A stretch of DNA of 64,000 bases from Candidatus Latescibacterota bacterium (lineage in GTDB: Bacteria; Latescibacterota; UBA2968; UBA8231): assembly GCA_963422735.1 (NCBI GenBank), contig OY730476.1, positions 4,768,001-4,832,000 of the forward strand, in the 5' to 3' direction. A model generated the notes under the pieces. That model made no database searches. It saw only the letters and a list, made by a program, of their open reading frames with translations, and had not been told where the DNA came from. A program made the position numbers and the translations under genes. Positions 48,519 to 57,466 of the stretch are shown piece after piece; positions within the stretch are counted from its first letter, which is position 1; every line of letters starts with the position of its first letter.

Positions 48519-48654
48519 ATGCACCAGATAACTACTCGCCTACCCCATGGCCTCGTCAAAGCACTAGACCAAGCCGCGGCACAACTTTATGGAGCGGCTG
48601 CGCGATCCTGCCGACCCGGTGCTGGATTGGGATCAGGTCCGGTACGCACACTAG
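48519..48654 (+). pseudogene. RHH/CopG antitoxin pseudogene with an internal deletion
   Basis: RBS AGGAG; MHQITTRLPHGLVKALDQAAAQL, then out of frame ERLRDPADPVLDWDQVR. Confidence 0.75.
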
Positions 48655-48690
48655 TCAGTTCGGCTTAACACCCCCACGAGAAGAACCACC

Positions 48691-49557
48691 ATGCGCTATC
48701 GGCGATTTGGGCGCACACAATTGCAAATGAGCGCAGTCAGCTTGGGCGGGGCCTACTTGGGCGGCCAAGATCCAGAGTGCGCCGAGGAAAACGCCCGGGC
48801 GATTGTGCGGCGTGCGCTGGATTTGGGCTGCAATTACATCGACACGGCACCGCTCTACGGGGCGAGCGAAGAACTGCTGGGCAAGGTGCTGGCCGGGGAG
48901 CATCGCCCCTTTTACTTGGCGACCAAGGTAGGGTTTAAGCCGGAGGGATTTGACTACCGGCGCGATTCGGTCTTGCAGAGTTTGGAGCGTAGCTTGGCCT
49001 TGCTGGGCAAGGCCAAGCTCACGGTGGCGCAGATCCACGAGGTGAACATAGCGGGCTGGGAGAGGATCGTGGAAAAGGGCGGGACTTTGGAAGGGTTGCG
49101 CGCCGCGCAAAAACAGGGGCTGTGCGATTTTATCGGCGTGACGGGCCGGGCCATCCCCCTGCTGGCGCGGCTGGCGGCGACCGGCGAATTCGACGCGGTG
49201 CTGTGCTACCACGACTACCATCCCTGTGTGCAGTTAGCGGCAAAGGCCGTCTTGCCGGCTGCCGAGCAAAGCGATATGGGCGTGGTGCTGGCGACGGTGT
49301 TGGCTGGGGGCCTGTACGTGGCGGGCAAGGGCCAGCATGCGGCAGTGGAGCGTCGGTTTGAGCGCGAGGAAGAGCGGCAACGCGCTTGGGCGACGATCGC
49401 TCGGCTGGAGCAGGAAGAGTCAACGCTGCCGCAGAGCGCGTTTCGCTGGGTCTTGGCCGACGAGCGAGTCTCGACCGTGGCCAGCGGCGCGGCGAGCGTT
49501 CAGGAGCTAGAGGAAGTGGCGCAGGTCGGGGACATGACGCCGCTGGAGCACTGTTAG
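48691..49557 (+). CDS. Aldo/keto reductase
   Basis: YRRFGRT, IDTAPLYG, LATKVG, QIHE. Confidence 0.92.
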   Translation: MRYRRFGRTQLQMSAVSLGGAYLGGQDPECAEENARAIVRRALDLGCNYIDTAPLYGASEELLGKVLAGEHRPFYLATKVGFKPEGFDYRRDSVLQSLERSLALLGKAKLTVAQIHEVNIAGWERIVEKGGTLEGLRAAQKQGLCDFIGVTGRAIPLLARLAATGEFDAVLCYHDYHPCVQLAAKAVLPAAEQSDMGVVLATVLAGGLYVAGKGQHAAVERRFEREEERQRAWATIARLEQEESTLPQSAFRWVLADERVSTVASGAASVQELEEVAQVGDMTPLEHC

Positions 49558-49643
49558 GAACTGGCGTTACTCAGTAGGGACAGCTCGAGGTGCGGGGTAT
49601 TTGTTCCAACGAATCGGCCCCAGGTTGCCCTGTGCGGCGGGGC

Positions 49644-49668
49644 GGGCGCCCACAAGGGACGCCCCTAC
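49644..49668 (-). repeat. GTAG-type REP element
   Basis: Minus strand GTAG-GGGCGTCC-CTTGT-GGGCGCCC between convergent genes. Confidence 0.7.
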
Positions 49669-49725
49669 GACGGCCGACGGCACTGCTATCAAGACCCGAG
49701 CCGGTCCCAAGGGCCTAGGCCAGCT

Positions 49726-49849
49726 ACTGACCACTGACCACTGACCACTGACCACTGACCACTGACCACTGACCACTGACCACTGACCACTGACCACTGA
49801 CCACTGACCACTGACCACTGACCACTGACCACTGACCACTGACCACTGA
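49726..49849. repeat. Perfect heptamer tandem array (ACTGACC)17 + ACTGA
   Basis: 124 bp, no mismatches; begins 1 nt after the stop of the minus-strand gene. Confidence 0.97.
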
Positions 49850-49850
49850 T

Positions 49851-50903
49851 TCACATCCAGCCGTGCTGGCCAGTAACGGGCGCACCGGAAGTCTGGGTTT
49901 GCCAATGTGGGCCGCGGCCGAGCTTGACCTCGCGGCGGGTGAGGGACGAGGCTTCGGCCGCGAAGAGGATTTCCATGATGTGCCGCCCGTATTGGCCGTG
50001 AGTCGGCGGCTCGATGTTGAGCGCGATGGCCTCGGCAAAGCTCTTCCACTCGTGGTACATTTCAGTTGGCGCGTCCTCAAAAGGGACATCTTCCCACGTA
50101 TCGCCTTGGCCTATTTTGACGTACTTCTCGCCGTGTTGGCTGAAGCGCAGCGAGCCGTTGGCGCAAATTACTTGGCATTCAAAATTCGGTGCTCCATCCG
50201 CGTACCCCACGGCTACGGCCGTGCCGGCGAGGCCGTTCTTGTAGCGGATAAAGGCCGTGGCCGAATCGTCGCTGGCTTGGTAGTGAGCGCGGGTGCCAAT
50301 GGCGGCCGAGACCGACACAGCTTGCGAAGCCATCACCCACGTGAGCCGATCGGCGACGTGGACCCCGTTGGTCAACCACATGCCGCCGCCGTGGAAGCGA
50401 CTGCGGTATTGGGGCCGCCGGCCGGCGAAATTCCAATTTTTCGACATGTAGCTGACAGCCGTAATCACCGGGCCGAGTTGGCCGGAGTCGAGAATTTCCT
50501 TGGCCTTGAGACTCGTGCTGTAAAAGTGCTGCGATAGCCCGACCATCAGCTTGACATTGTTTTCGGCGGCGGCAGCGACCATGGTGTCGCATTGCGCTAG
50601 GCTGATGGCCATGGGCTTTTCGACGAGCACGTGCTTGCCAGCGCGGCAGGCGTCAATGGTGAGCTGGTGGTGCAACTGGTGCCCGAGCACGACGGCGACC
50701 GCATCGATGTCGGCATCCTGCAAGAGTTCGTGGTGCGTTGAATAGCCCTTGGGGATGTGGTACTGGTCCATGTACTCGCGTCGCTTTTCCTCAAACAGAT
50801 CGGCGACCGCGACGACTTCTACGTCGTCGAGATGGGCGATTGAATCGCAGTGGGAGCGGGCGATGCCGCCGAGGCCAATGATGCCAACCTTGAGATCTGC
50901 CAT
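49851..50903 (-). CDS. Gfo/Idh/MocA oxidoreductase
   Basis: VGIIGLGGI, GKHVLVEKP, GGGMWLTNGVH. Confidence 0.93.
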   Translation of the reverse strand: MADLKVGIIGLGGIARSHCDSIAHLDDVEVVAVADLFEEKRREYMDQYHIPKGYSTHHELLQDADIDAVAVVLGHQLHHQLTIDACRAGKHVLVEKPMAISLAQCDTMVAAAAENNVKLMVGLSQHFYSTSLKAKEILDSGQLGPVITAVSYMSKNWNFAGRRPQYRSRFHGGGMWLTNGVHVADRLTWVMASQAVSVSAAIGTRAHYQASDDSATAFIRYKNGLAGTAVAVGYADGAPNFECQVICANGSLRFSQHGEKYVKIGQGDTWEDVPFEDAPTEMYHEWKSFAEAIALNIEPPTHGQYGRHIMEILFAAEASSLTRREVKLGRGPHWQTQTSGAPVTGQHGWM

Positions 50904-51013
50904 AGGGTGTCCTTTGGTGTGAACGAAGGGTTTGCTAAGTATAGAATGCGGCTTACCCGGCCACAAACCGCCGCACATTTGCGCCGAAATAAATTATGCC
51001 CTAAGATGCTCTG

Positions 51014-52957
51014 ATGCCCGATAATTTCACTTATCGCTCGCTTGCTTTTGGGGCCCTGCTGTCGCTGGCGATCAACGTGTTTTTCGCGTATGCGCGGCTG
51101 GCGATGGCCACTGCGGGCATGTCCTCGGATTACATCACCGCCGGAGCGGTATTCCTGTTCTTCCTGGTGGTGGCTTTTGTCAATCCCACGCTCAAGCTGA
51201 TTCGCCGTGCTTGGGGCTTTAACCGCTCCGAGCTGATCGTCATCTACGCGATGATGATCATTGGTTCGGCCATCCCCACGTGGGGCTTTACGGGCAATTT
51301 GATCGCCATGTTGCCCAATATCTACTACTATGCCACTCCCGAGAACAACTGGTCGGAGCTGCTGCACCCTTATGTCCGCGAGTGGATGGTGCCGCAGGAC
51401 CCAGACGCGATCAAGTACTTCTTCGAGGGCCTGCCCAAAGGGCAGCCCATCCCCTGGAAACACTGGATGGTGCCACTTGCGGCTTGGGTCTCGTTTATTC
51501 TGTCGATTTACCTGATGATGATCGCCATCGCGTCGATCGTCCGCCGCCAGTGGGTTGACTACGACCGCTTGACCTTTCCGCTGTTGCAGCTGCCTATCGA
51601 CCTGACCGAAGAAGGCAAGAGCGGGTCCATCGTCGGGCCGCTGTTCAAAAGGCCGCTTTTGTGGATCGGGTTCGCGCTGCCCTTTGTGCTGCATAGCACT
51701 AACGCCTTAAACCACTATTTCCCCTTCATCCCGGCGGTGCAGTTGCGCAACAGCATCTCGTTGTTTAACCACGCGCTGGGGCTGACGACCAATGTGAACT
51801 TCGCCGCGCTGGGGCTGGCGTATTTTTTGAGCTTAGACGTGGGGTTGAGCATCTGGCTCTTCCACTTATTGACCAAAGCGCAGATCACCACCGAAAACGT
51901 CCTCGGCTATTCGCTGCCCGGCCGCCGCGACCTGTTTATGGAAGGTTCGATGTCGGTGTCCTACGAAGGGATGGGGGCCATGCTGGTGCTGGTAATCTAC
52001 GGACTGTGGAACAGCCGCGGCTATCTACGGCGGGTCTGGCGCAAGGCTCTGTACAACGAGGGCGAGTTGGACGATTCGCAGGAGATTCTCTCGTACCGGG
52101 CGGCACTCATCGTCTTGGTCCTGGCCAGTGCGTATGCCACCGGCTGGCTGACCCTATCGGGCGTGCCGTGGTGGGTCTCGCTGTTTTTTCTTTTAGTGGC
52201 CTTCTGCATCTTTTACGGGCTGACGCGGATCGTCGCCGAAGGGGGGTTGGGTTTTGCACGGGCGCAGATGACGGCGCAGCCGTTTGTGATTGACGCGGTG
52301 GGCACGGAGGCGATTGGTCCGTCGGGGCTGGTGAGCTTGGGGATGACCTTTAGCTGGGCGGGCGATCTGCGGACTATGGTGATGGCCTCGGCGATCAATG
52401 GTCTCAAGCTCGCCGATATTGGCCAAGTGCGGGGACGGCCGCTGTTTTGGGCGCTGATGCTCTCGATTGTGGTCGGCTTGGCTGGTTCGGTGTGGATGGT
52501 GGTGTGGATGGGATACCAGTACGGGGGCATCAATTTGGACTGGTGGTTCTACAACCGCTTCGGCGAAATAGTCCACGGCGACTCGGCCTACAAGATCGCC
52601 AACCCGAGGCATCCCCTTGGCGACTTCGACGAGATCGGGCCGCGCTTTCTGTTTGCGGGGATCGGCGCGGGGATCATGGGGCTGTTGATGTACGCCCGGC
52701 ATCACTTTCTGTGGTGGCCGGTGCATTACCTCGGCTTCCCCATCGGCGCGACCCTGACGATCATCTGGACGTGGTTCAGCATTTTCATCGGCTGGATTCT
52801 CAAGGCGCTGGTGCTCAAATACGGGGGCGCAACGCTCTATCGGCAGCTACGGCCGCTGTTTTTGGGGTTTATTTTGGGGCATATTTTCGTCTCGGGATTC
52901 TGGGTGCTCTTCGATTATATCACCGGGGAGACCGGCAACCGGATTCCGATTTTTTGA
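51014..52957 (+). CDS. DUF6785/DUF6784 family polytopic membrane protein
   Basis: YYATPENNW, RRQWVDYDRLTFPL, WWPVHYLGF, LKYGG..LYR..PLFLGFILG. Confidence 0.85.
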   Translation: MPDNFTYRSLAFGALLSLAINVFFAYARLAMATAGMSSDYITAGAVFLFFLVVAFVNPTLKLIRRAWGFNRSELIVIYAMMIIGSAIPTWGFTGNLIAMLPNIYYYATPENNWSELLHPYVREWMVPQDPDAIKYFFEGLPKGQPIPWKHWMVPLAAWVSFILSIYLMMIAIASIVRRQWVDYDRLTFPLLQLPIDLTEEGKSGSIVGPLFKRPLLWIGFALPFVLHSTNALNHYFPFIPAVQLRNSISLFNHALGLTTNVNFAALGLAYFLSLDVGLSIWLFHLLTKAQITTENVLGYSLPGRRDLFMEGSMSVSYEGMGAMLVLVIYGLWNSRGYLRRVWRKALYNEGELDDSQEILSYRAALIVLVLASAYATGWLTLSGVPWWVSLFFLLVAFCIFYGLTRIVAEGGLGFARAQMTAQPFVIDAVGTEAIGPSGLVSLGMTFSWAGDLRTMVMASAINGLKLADIGQVRGRPLFWALMLSIVVGLAGSVWMVVWMGYQYGGINLDWWFYNRFGEIVHGDSAYKIANPRHPLGDFDEIGPRFLFAGIGAGIMGLLMYARHHFLWWPVHYLGFPIGATLTIIWTWFSIFIGWILKALVLKYGGATLYRQLRPLFLGFILGHIFVSGFWVLFDYITGETGNRIPIF

Positions 52958-52970
52958 GGAGGAAAGACTC

Positions 52971-53999
52971 ATGCGAGCAGGCGACAGAGAAAAAATTGGG
53001 CCGCACGGCTTGGAGGTAACGCGCTTGGGGCTGGGCGGCACGACCTTTGGCAACATGTACTCGGTGCTAAGCGAGCAGGAGGGGCTGGACGTGCTAGACG
53101 CGGCCTTTGCAGCCGGGGTGCGCTACTTTGATACCGCGCCGCTGTATGGCTACGGCCTGAGCGAGACGCGCTTGGGGCCGGGGCTGGCGCGCTACAACCG
53201 CGACGAGATGGTCCTTTCCTCGAAAGTGGGCTATGCGCTTGTGGAGCGGCAGCCCGGCGACGACTATGTCGATCTCTTCGTCGATGCGCCCGAGATGACC
53301 AGCTATTTCGACTTCTCGTGCGACGCGGTGCTGCGCTCGATTGAGGGGAGTTTAGCGCGACTCAAAATGGATCGCCTCGATATGGTGCTGATTCACGACC
53401 CGGACGAGGCGAGGAGCATTGAGCCGGATTGGACGCCGGGCGAGCGGGGGTTTTTCGACCAAGTGATGGCCGAAGCCTATCCCGCGCTCGACGAGCTGCG
53501 CCAGCAGCAGGTAGTCAAGGCCATTGGCTTGGGCATGAACCAGTGGCAGATGCTGGCCGACTTCGCCCGCGCCGGGGATTTCGACGCTTTTTTGCTAGCC
53601 GGCCGCTATACGCTGCTAGAGCAGGAACCGCTGCGCGAACTGTTGCCGCTGTGCTTGGAGAAGGGGGTGCGGATCGTCGTCGGCGGGCCGTACAACTCGG
53701 GGATTTTGGCTACTGGGGCGGTGGAGGGTGCGTATTACAACTACGCGCCAGCACCGGAAGATGTGCAGTCCAAGGTGCGCCGCATTGAGGCGGTCTGCGC
53801 TCGGCACGAGGTGCCTTTGCCGGCCGCAGCGCTGCAATTTCCCTTTGGGCATCCGGCGGTGGCAACCGTCATTCCCGGGGCGCGGACCGTCGCGGAAGTC
53901 GCCACCAATGTGGTCTGCCTAGAGTGCGCGATTCCCGCCGACTGCTGGGCCGAACTCAAGCAGGAAAGGCTGATTGTCGCCGAGGCTCCAACGCCTTAG
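52971..53999 (+). CDS. Aldo/keto reductase (D-threo-aldose 1-dehydrogenase-like)
   Basis: FDTAPLYGYGLSE, IHDPD, LLAGRYTLLEQ, YNSGILATG. Confidence 0.9.
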   Translation: MRAGDREKIGPHGLEVTRLGLGGTTFGNMYSVLSEQEGLDVLDAAFAAGVRYFDTAPLYGYGLSETRLGPGLARYNRDEMVLSSKVGYALVERQPGDDYVDLFVDAPEMTSYFDFSCDAVLRSIEGSLARLKMDRLDMVLIHDPDEARSIEPDWTPGERGFFDQVMAEAYPALDELRQQQVVKAIGLGMNQWQMLADFARAGDFDAFLLAGRYTLLEQEPLRELLPLCLEKGVRIVVGGPYNSGILATGAVEGAYYNYAPAPEDVQSKVRRIEAVCARHEVPLPAAALQFPFGHPAVATVIPGARTVAEVATNVVCLECAIPADCWAELKQERLIVAEAPTP

Positions 54000-54058
54000 G
54001 CCCCGATGCGAGCTATCCCCTTTTGGCCAACCTATATTCACGATGAGGAGTAATCACA

Positions 54059-56542
54059 ATGTCCAATTGGCCGATGCTCAAGCACTACGATCGGGATCAT
54101 CTCGCCAGCATTGCCATGCCCATTGGCGGCATTGGCACGGGCACAATTTCACTGGGCGGCCGCGGGGATTTGCGCGACTGGGAACTGATGAACCGCCCGG
54201 CCAAGGGATTTGTCCCAAGGCGCAATGGGGGCCAAGGAGATGGGCCGTTTTTTGCCCTGTACGCCAAACCCGCTGGCGGCCCATCCGTCACCCGTGCGCT
54301 CGAAGGGCCGGTGGATGTATCCGAATACCAAGGTGCGCGCGGCAGTGTGGCGGTCAATCACGGCTTGCCGCGCTTTGCACAATGTGCGTTTGCAGCGGCC
54401 TATCCACTTGCACAGGTCCATCTGTTCGATCCGCACGTTCCGGTCGCGGTTTGTCTCGAAGCGTTTAACCCGCTCATCCCCGCCAACGCAGATGACAGCG
54501 GCATCCCTATCGCGGTGCTGCGCTATAGGCTCACCAATCGGACCAACAAGCGCGTCGCGGCCTCGGTGTGCGGCTCGTTGCCCAATTTCATTGGCAACGA
54601 TGGTGTGGAAGAGTTGGCCCGGGCCAATCGCAATCGCTTTCGCAAGGCAACCCACTGTCAGGGCATTTTCATGGACAGCGAAGGAGTTGATCCCACCGCC
54701 ATTAGTTATGGCACGATGGCCCTGACCACCGCGAACAAAACTGGTATTACCTATCGCACGGCTTGGAAAAAAGCCGGGTGGGGCACGTCTCTGCTCGACT
54801 TTTGGGACGACTTTGCCGCCGATGGTCGGGTGGAAGAGCGCTCCGGCGAAGGAGCCGACATGCCGAGTGCCTCGCTCGTGGTGCGCACCAACATTTTGCC
54901 CAAGGCACACAAGACCATCACCTTCTTGCTTGCGTGGCACTTTCCCAATCGGCACACGTGGTCGCCGGACGACGACCCCTACATTGGCAACTACTATGCG
55001 ACGCACTATCGCGATGCGTGGGATGTGGCCTGCAAAACCGCGCCGCGGCTCAAAAAGCTTGAACAACAGACCATGCGCTTTGTCCAAGCCTTCGCGGCAA
55101 GCGACCTGCCCGAGGTAGTCAAGGAAGCCGCCCTTTTCAATCTCAGCACCCTGCGTACGCAAACGTGCTTCCGCACCCCCGATGGACGTTTATTTGGCTG
55201 GGAAGGATACGACGATCACAGCGGCTGCTGCATGGGCTCCTGTACGCATGTGTGGAATTACGAACAAAGTACGGCGTTTCTCTTTGGCGATCTGGCCCGC
55301 ACGATGCGCGATACCGAATTCAATCGCGCCACCGACGACAAAGGCATGATGAACTTTCGCGTCCATCTGCCCCTCAGTCGCGCCCAAGAATTTGGCAAAG
55401 CGGCTGCCGACGGCCAGATGGGCTGTATTATGAAAGCCTATCGCGACTGGCAGCTTTGCGGCGACGATGCCTTCCTACAATCGATTTGGGCAAAGGTCAA
55501 AAAGGCCCTTGAATTTTGCTGGATCGAAGGGGGGTGGGACGGCGATGGCGACGGTGTTATGGAGGGCTGTCAGCACAATACCATGGATGTCGAATACTAC
55601 GGCCCTAATCCACAAATGGGGATATGGTATCTGGGGGCTTTGCGCGCCGGCGAGGAAATGGCGGCCCATCTGGGCGAATCCGACTTTGCCCAAACCTGCC
55701 GTCGGCTCTACCAGAGTGGCCGCGCCTACATAGACGAGCAATTGTTCAATGGCGAATACTACGAGCATCGCATTGAGCCACCCAAAAAAGTGGCCGCATC
55801 GCTGCGGCTGGGTATGGGCGCGGCGGAGCTCTCCGATCCAGATTACCAACTCGGCAGCGGTTGTCTGGTAGATCAACTCGTTGGCCAGTTTTTCGCCCAC
55901 GTCTGCGGCTTGGGCTATCTGACCAAACGCGCCCACGTGCGCCAAACCCTCAAGAGCATCCGCAAGTACAACCACCGCAAGAAGCTGACTGATCACTTCA
56001 ACTGCATGCGCTCTTATGCCTTGGGCGATGAATCGGCCTTGCTCATGGCGAGCTATCCCTACGAGCGGCCCGACAACCCATTTCCCTATTTCGCGGAAGT
56101 GATGACCGGGTTTGAATACACTGCGGCCATTGGCATGCTCTACGAGGGGCAGCTCAAAAACGGTCTGCAAACCATGCGCGACATTCGCAATCGCTACGAT
56201 GGGGCGAAACGCAGTCCCTTTGACGAAGCCGAATGCGGCCATCACTACGTGCGTGCCATGGTTGCTTGGGCCGGGGTGCTCGCGCTGACGGGATTTAATT
56301 ATTCGGGGGTTACAAAGTCCATCGCCTTTGCCGCAAAGCCCGGGACCTTTTTCTGGTCAAATGGTGCTGCTTGGGGCACGGTGTGCATTGCCCAACGCCA
56401 GGCGGACTATCGCATTGCCTTGGATGTTTTGTATGGGCAGATCAAAATTAAGCACTTTAGGCTGACCGGCGTGGGCGAGCACACCTTTGACCGGGAGCTC
56501 GCGCTGCGCGAGAATAGCCAACGGACCTTTGTCGTGGGGTGA
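54059..56542 (+). CDS. GH116 glycoside hydrolase (GBA2/non-lysosomal glucosylceramidase-like)
   Basis: MPIGGIGTG, GWEG...CC.GSCTHVWNY, AADGQ, HNTMDVE, DQLVGQ, ECGHHY.RAM. Confidence 0.9.
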   Translation: MSNWPMLKHYDRDHLASIAMPIGGIGTGTISLGGRGDLRDWELMNRPAKGFVPRRNGGQGDGPFFALYAKPAGGPSVTRALEGPVDVSEYQGARGSVAVNHGLPRFAQCAFAAAYPLAQVHLFDPHVPVAVCLEAFNPLIPANADDSGIPIAVLRYRLTNRTNKRVAASVCGSLPNFIGNDGVEELARANRNRFRKATHCQGIFMDSEGVDPTAISYGTMALTTANKTGITYRTAWKKAGWGTSLLDFWDDFAADGRVEERSGEGADMPSASLVVRTNILPKAHKTITFLLAWHFPNRHTWSPDDDPYIGNYYATHYRDAWDVACKTAPRLKKLEQQTMRFVQAFAASDLPEVVKEAALFNLSTLRTQTCFRTPDGRLFGWEGYDDHSGCCMGSCTHVWNYEQSTAFLFGDLARTMRDTEFNRATDDKGMMNFRVHLPLSRAQEFGKAAADGQMGCIMKAYRDWQLCGDDAFLQSIWAKVKKALEFCWIEGGWDGDGDGVMEGCQHNTMDVEYYGPNPQMGIWYLGALRAGEEMAAHLGESDFAQTCRRLYQSGRAYIDEQLFNGEYYEHRIEPPKKVAASLRLGMGAAELSDPDYQLGSGCLVDQLVGQFFAHVCGLGYLTKRAHVRQTLKSIRKYNHRKKLTDHFNCMRSYALGDESALLMASYPYERPDNPFPYFAEVMTGFEYTAAIGMLYEGQLKNGLQTMRDIRNRYDGAKRSPFDEAECGHHYVRAMVAWAGVLALTGFNYSGVTKSIAFAAKPGTFFWSNGAAWGTVCIAQRQADYRIALDVLYGQIKIKHFRLTGVGEHTFDRELALRENSQRTFVVG

Positions 56543-56651
56543 CGGCGCACAGAACGCGGCGTACCCGACCCAGCTTCGTGGGGCACGGACGGCCTCTGCC
56601 GTCTCGCTGATAGAGCGATCACCCCCTTTATCCCTGCAAGGAGCAATCGAC

Positions 56652-57443
56652 ATGAACGCACCGGACATTATCTTGGCCTCGGGCCACGCTATTCCGCAAT
56701 TGGGGTTGGGCACTTGGATGTTGCGCGGTCAACAGTGTCAAGCCGTGGTCAAAGAGGCGCTCGAACTGGGCTATACGCATTTGGATTCGGCTTGGATGTA
56801 CCAGAATCAGGATGCCATTGGCCAAGCCCTCAAGGAGGTCGGAGCCGACCGCGACCGCCTCTTCATTACCTCCAAAATCTGGCATTCACACTTGGAGTAC
56901 GAAGCGACCTTGGAGCAGATGGAGGAGATTCTACGCGATCTGCAGACCGAATACGTCGATCTCCTACTCATCCATCACCCCGGGCAGGGCGTACCGGTGG
57001 AGCGCACCTTAGCCGCTTTTGAAAAAATCTACGAGGCCGGACAGGCCAAGAGCATTGGCCTCAGCAATTTCAGCATGGAGCAAACCGATCGCGCACGGGC
57101 CGCCACCAGCTTGCCGATATGCACCAATCAGGTGGAGTACCACCTGCGCCACAAGCGCGAGCGACTGCGGCGCCATTGCCACACCCACAACGTGGTGCTG
57201 ACGGCGCACCGCCCGCTGGCCCAAGGCGAACTAGCGCAGGATGAGGCCCTAAAACAGGTGGCCGCCGAGCACGGCAAGAGCATGCCCCAAGTGGCTTTGA
57301 AGTGGCTTTTGCAAAAGGATATGATCGTCATCCCCAAGGCCAGTTCAACAGCTCATTTGCGCGCCAATCTGGATTTGTTCGACTGGCAGTTGGGATCTGA
57401 GGAAATGGCGCGTCTCGATGGGGTGGGTGCCGATCCGGATTAG
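56652..57443 (+). CDS. Aldo/keto reductase (2,5-DKG reductase-like)
   Basis: IPQLGLGTW, DSAWMY.N, SIGLSNF, IPKASS; RBS AGGAG. Confidence 0.92.
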   Translation: MNAPDIILASGHAIPQLGLGTWMLRGQQCQAVVKEALELGYTHLDSAWMYQNQDAIGQALKEVGADRDRLFITSKIWHSHLEYEATLEQMEEILRDLQTEYVDLLLIHHPGQGVPVERTLAAFEKIYEAGQAKSIGLSNFSMEQTDRARAATSLPICTNQVEYHLRHKRERLRRHCHTHNVVLTAHRPLAQGELAQDEALKQVAAEHGKSMPQVALKWLLQKDMIVIPKASSTAHLRANLDLFDWQLGSEEMARLDGVGADPD

Positions 57444-57466
57444 GTCTTACAGCTATTGTTTCAGTA

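Noticed and set aside
49567-50089. ORFs with SVVSGQW repeats
   Set aside because: Translation of the heptamer array; they overlap a real gene and have no independent coding signal
56540-56610. Possible degenerate REP pair
   Set aside because: No clean GTAG-palindrome; too degenerate to support
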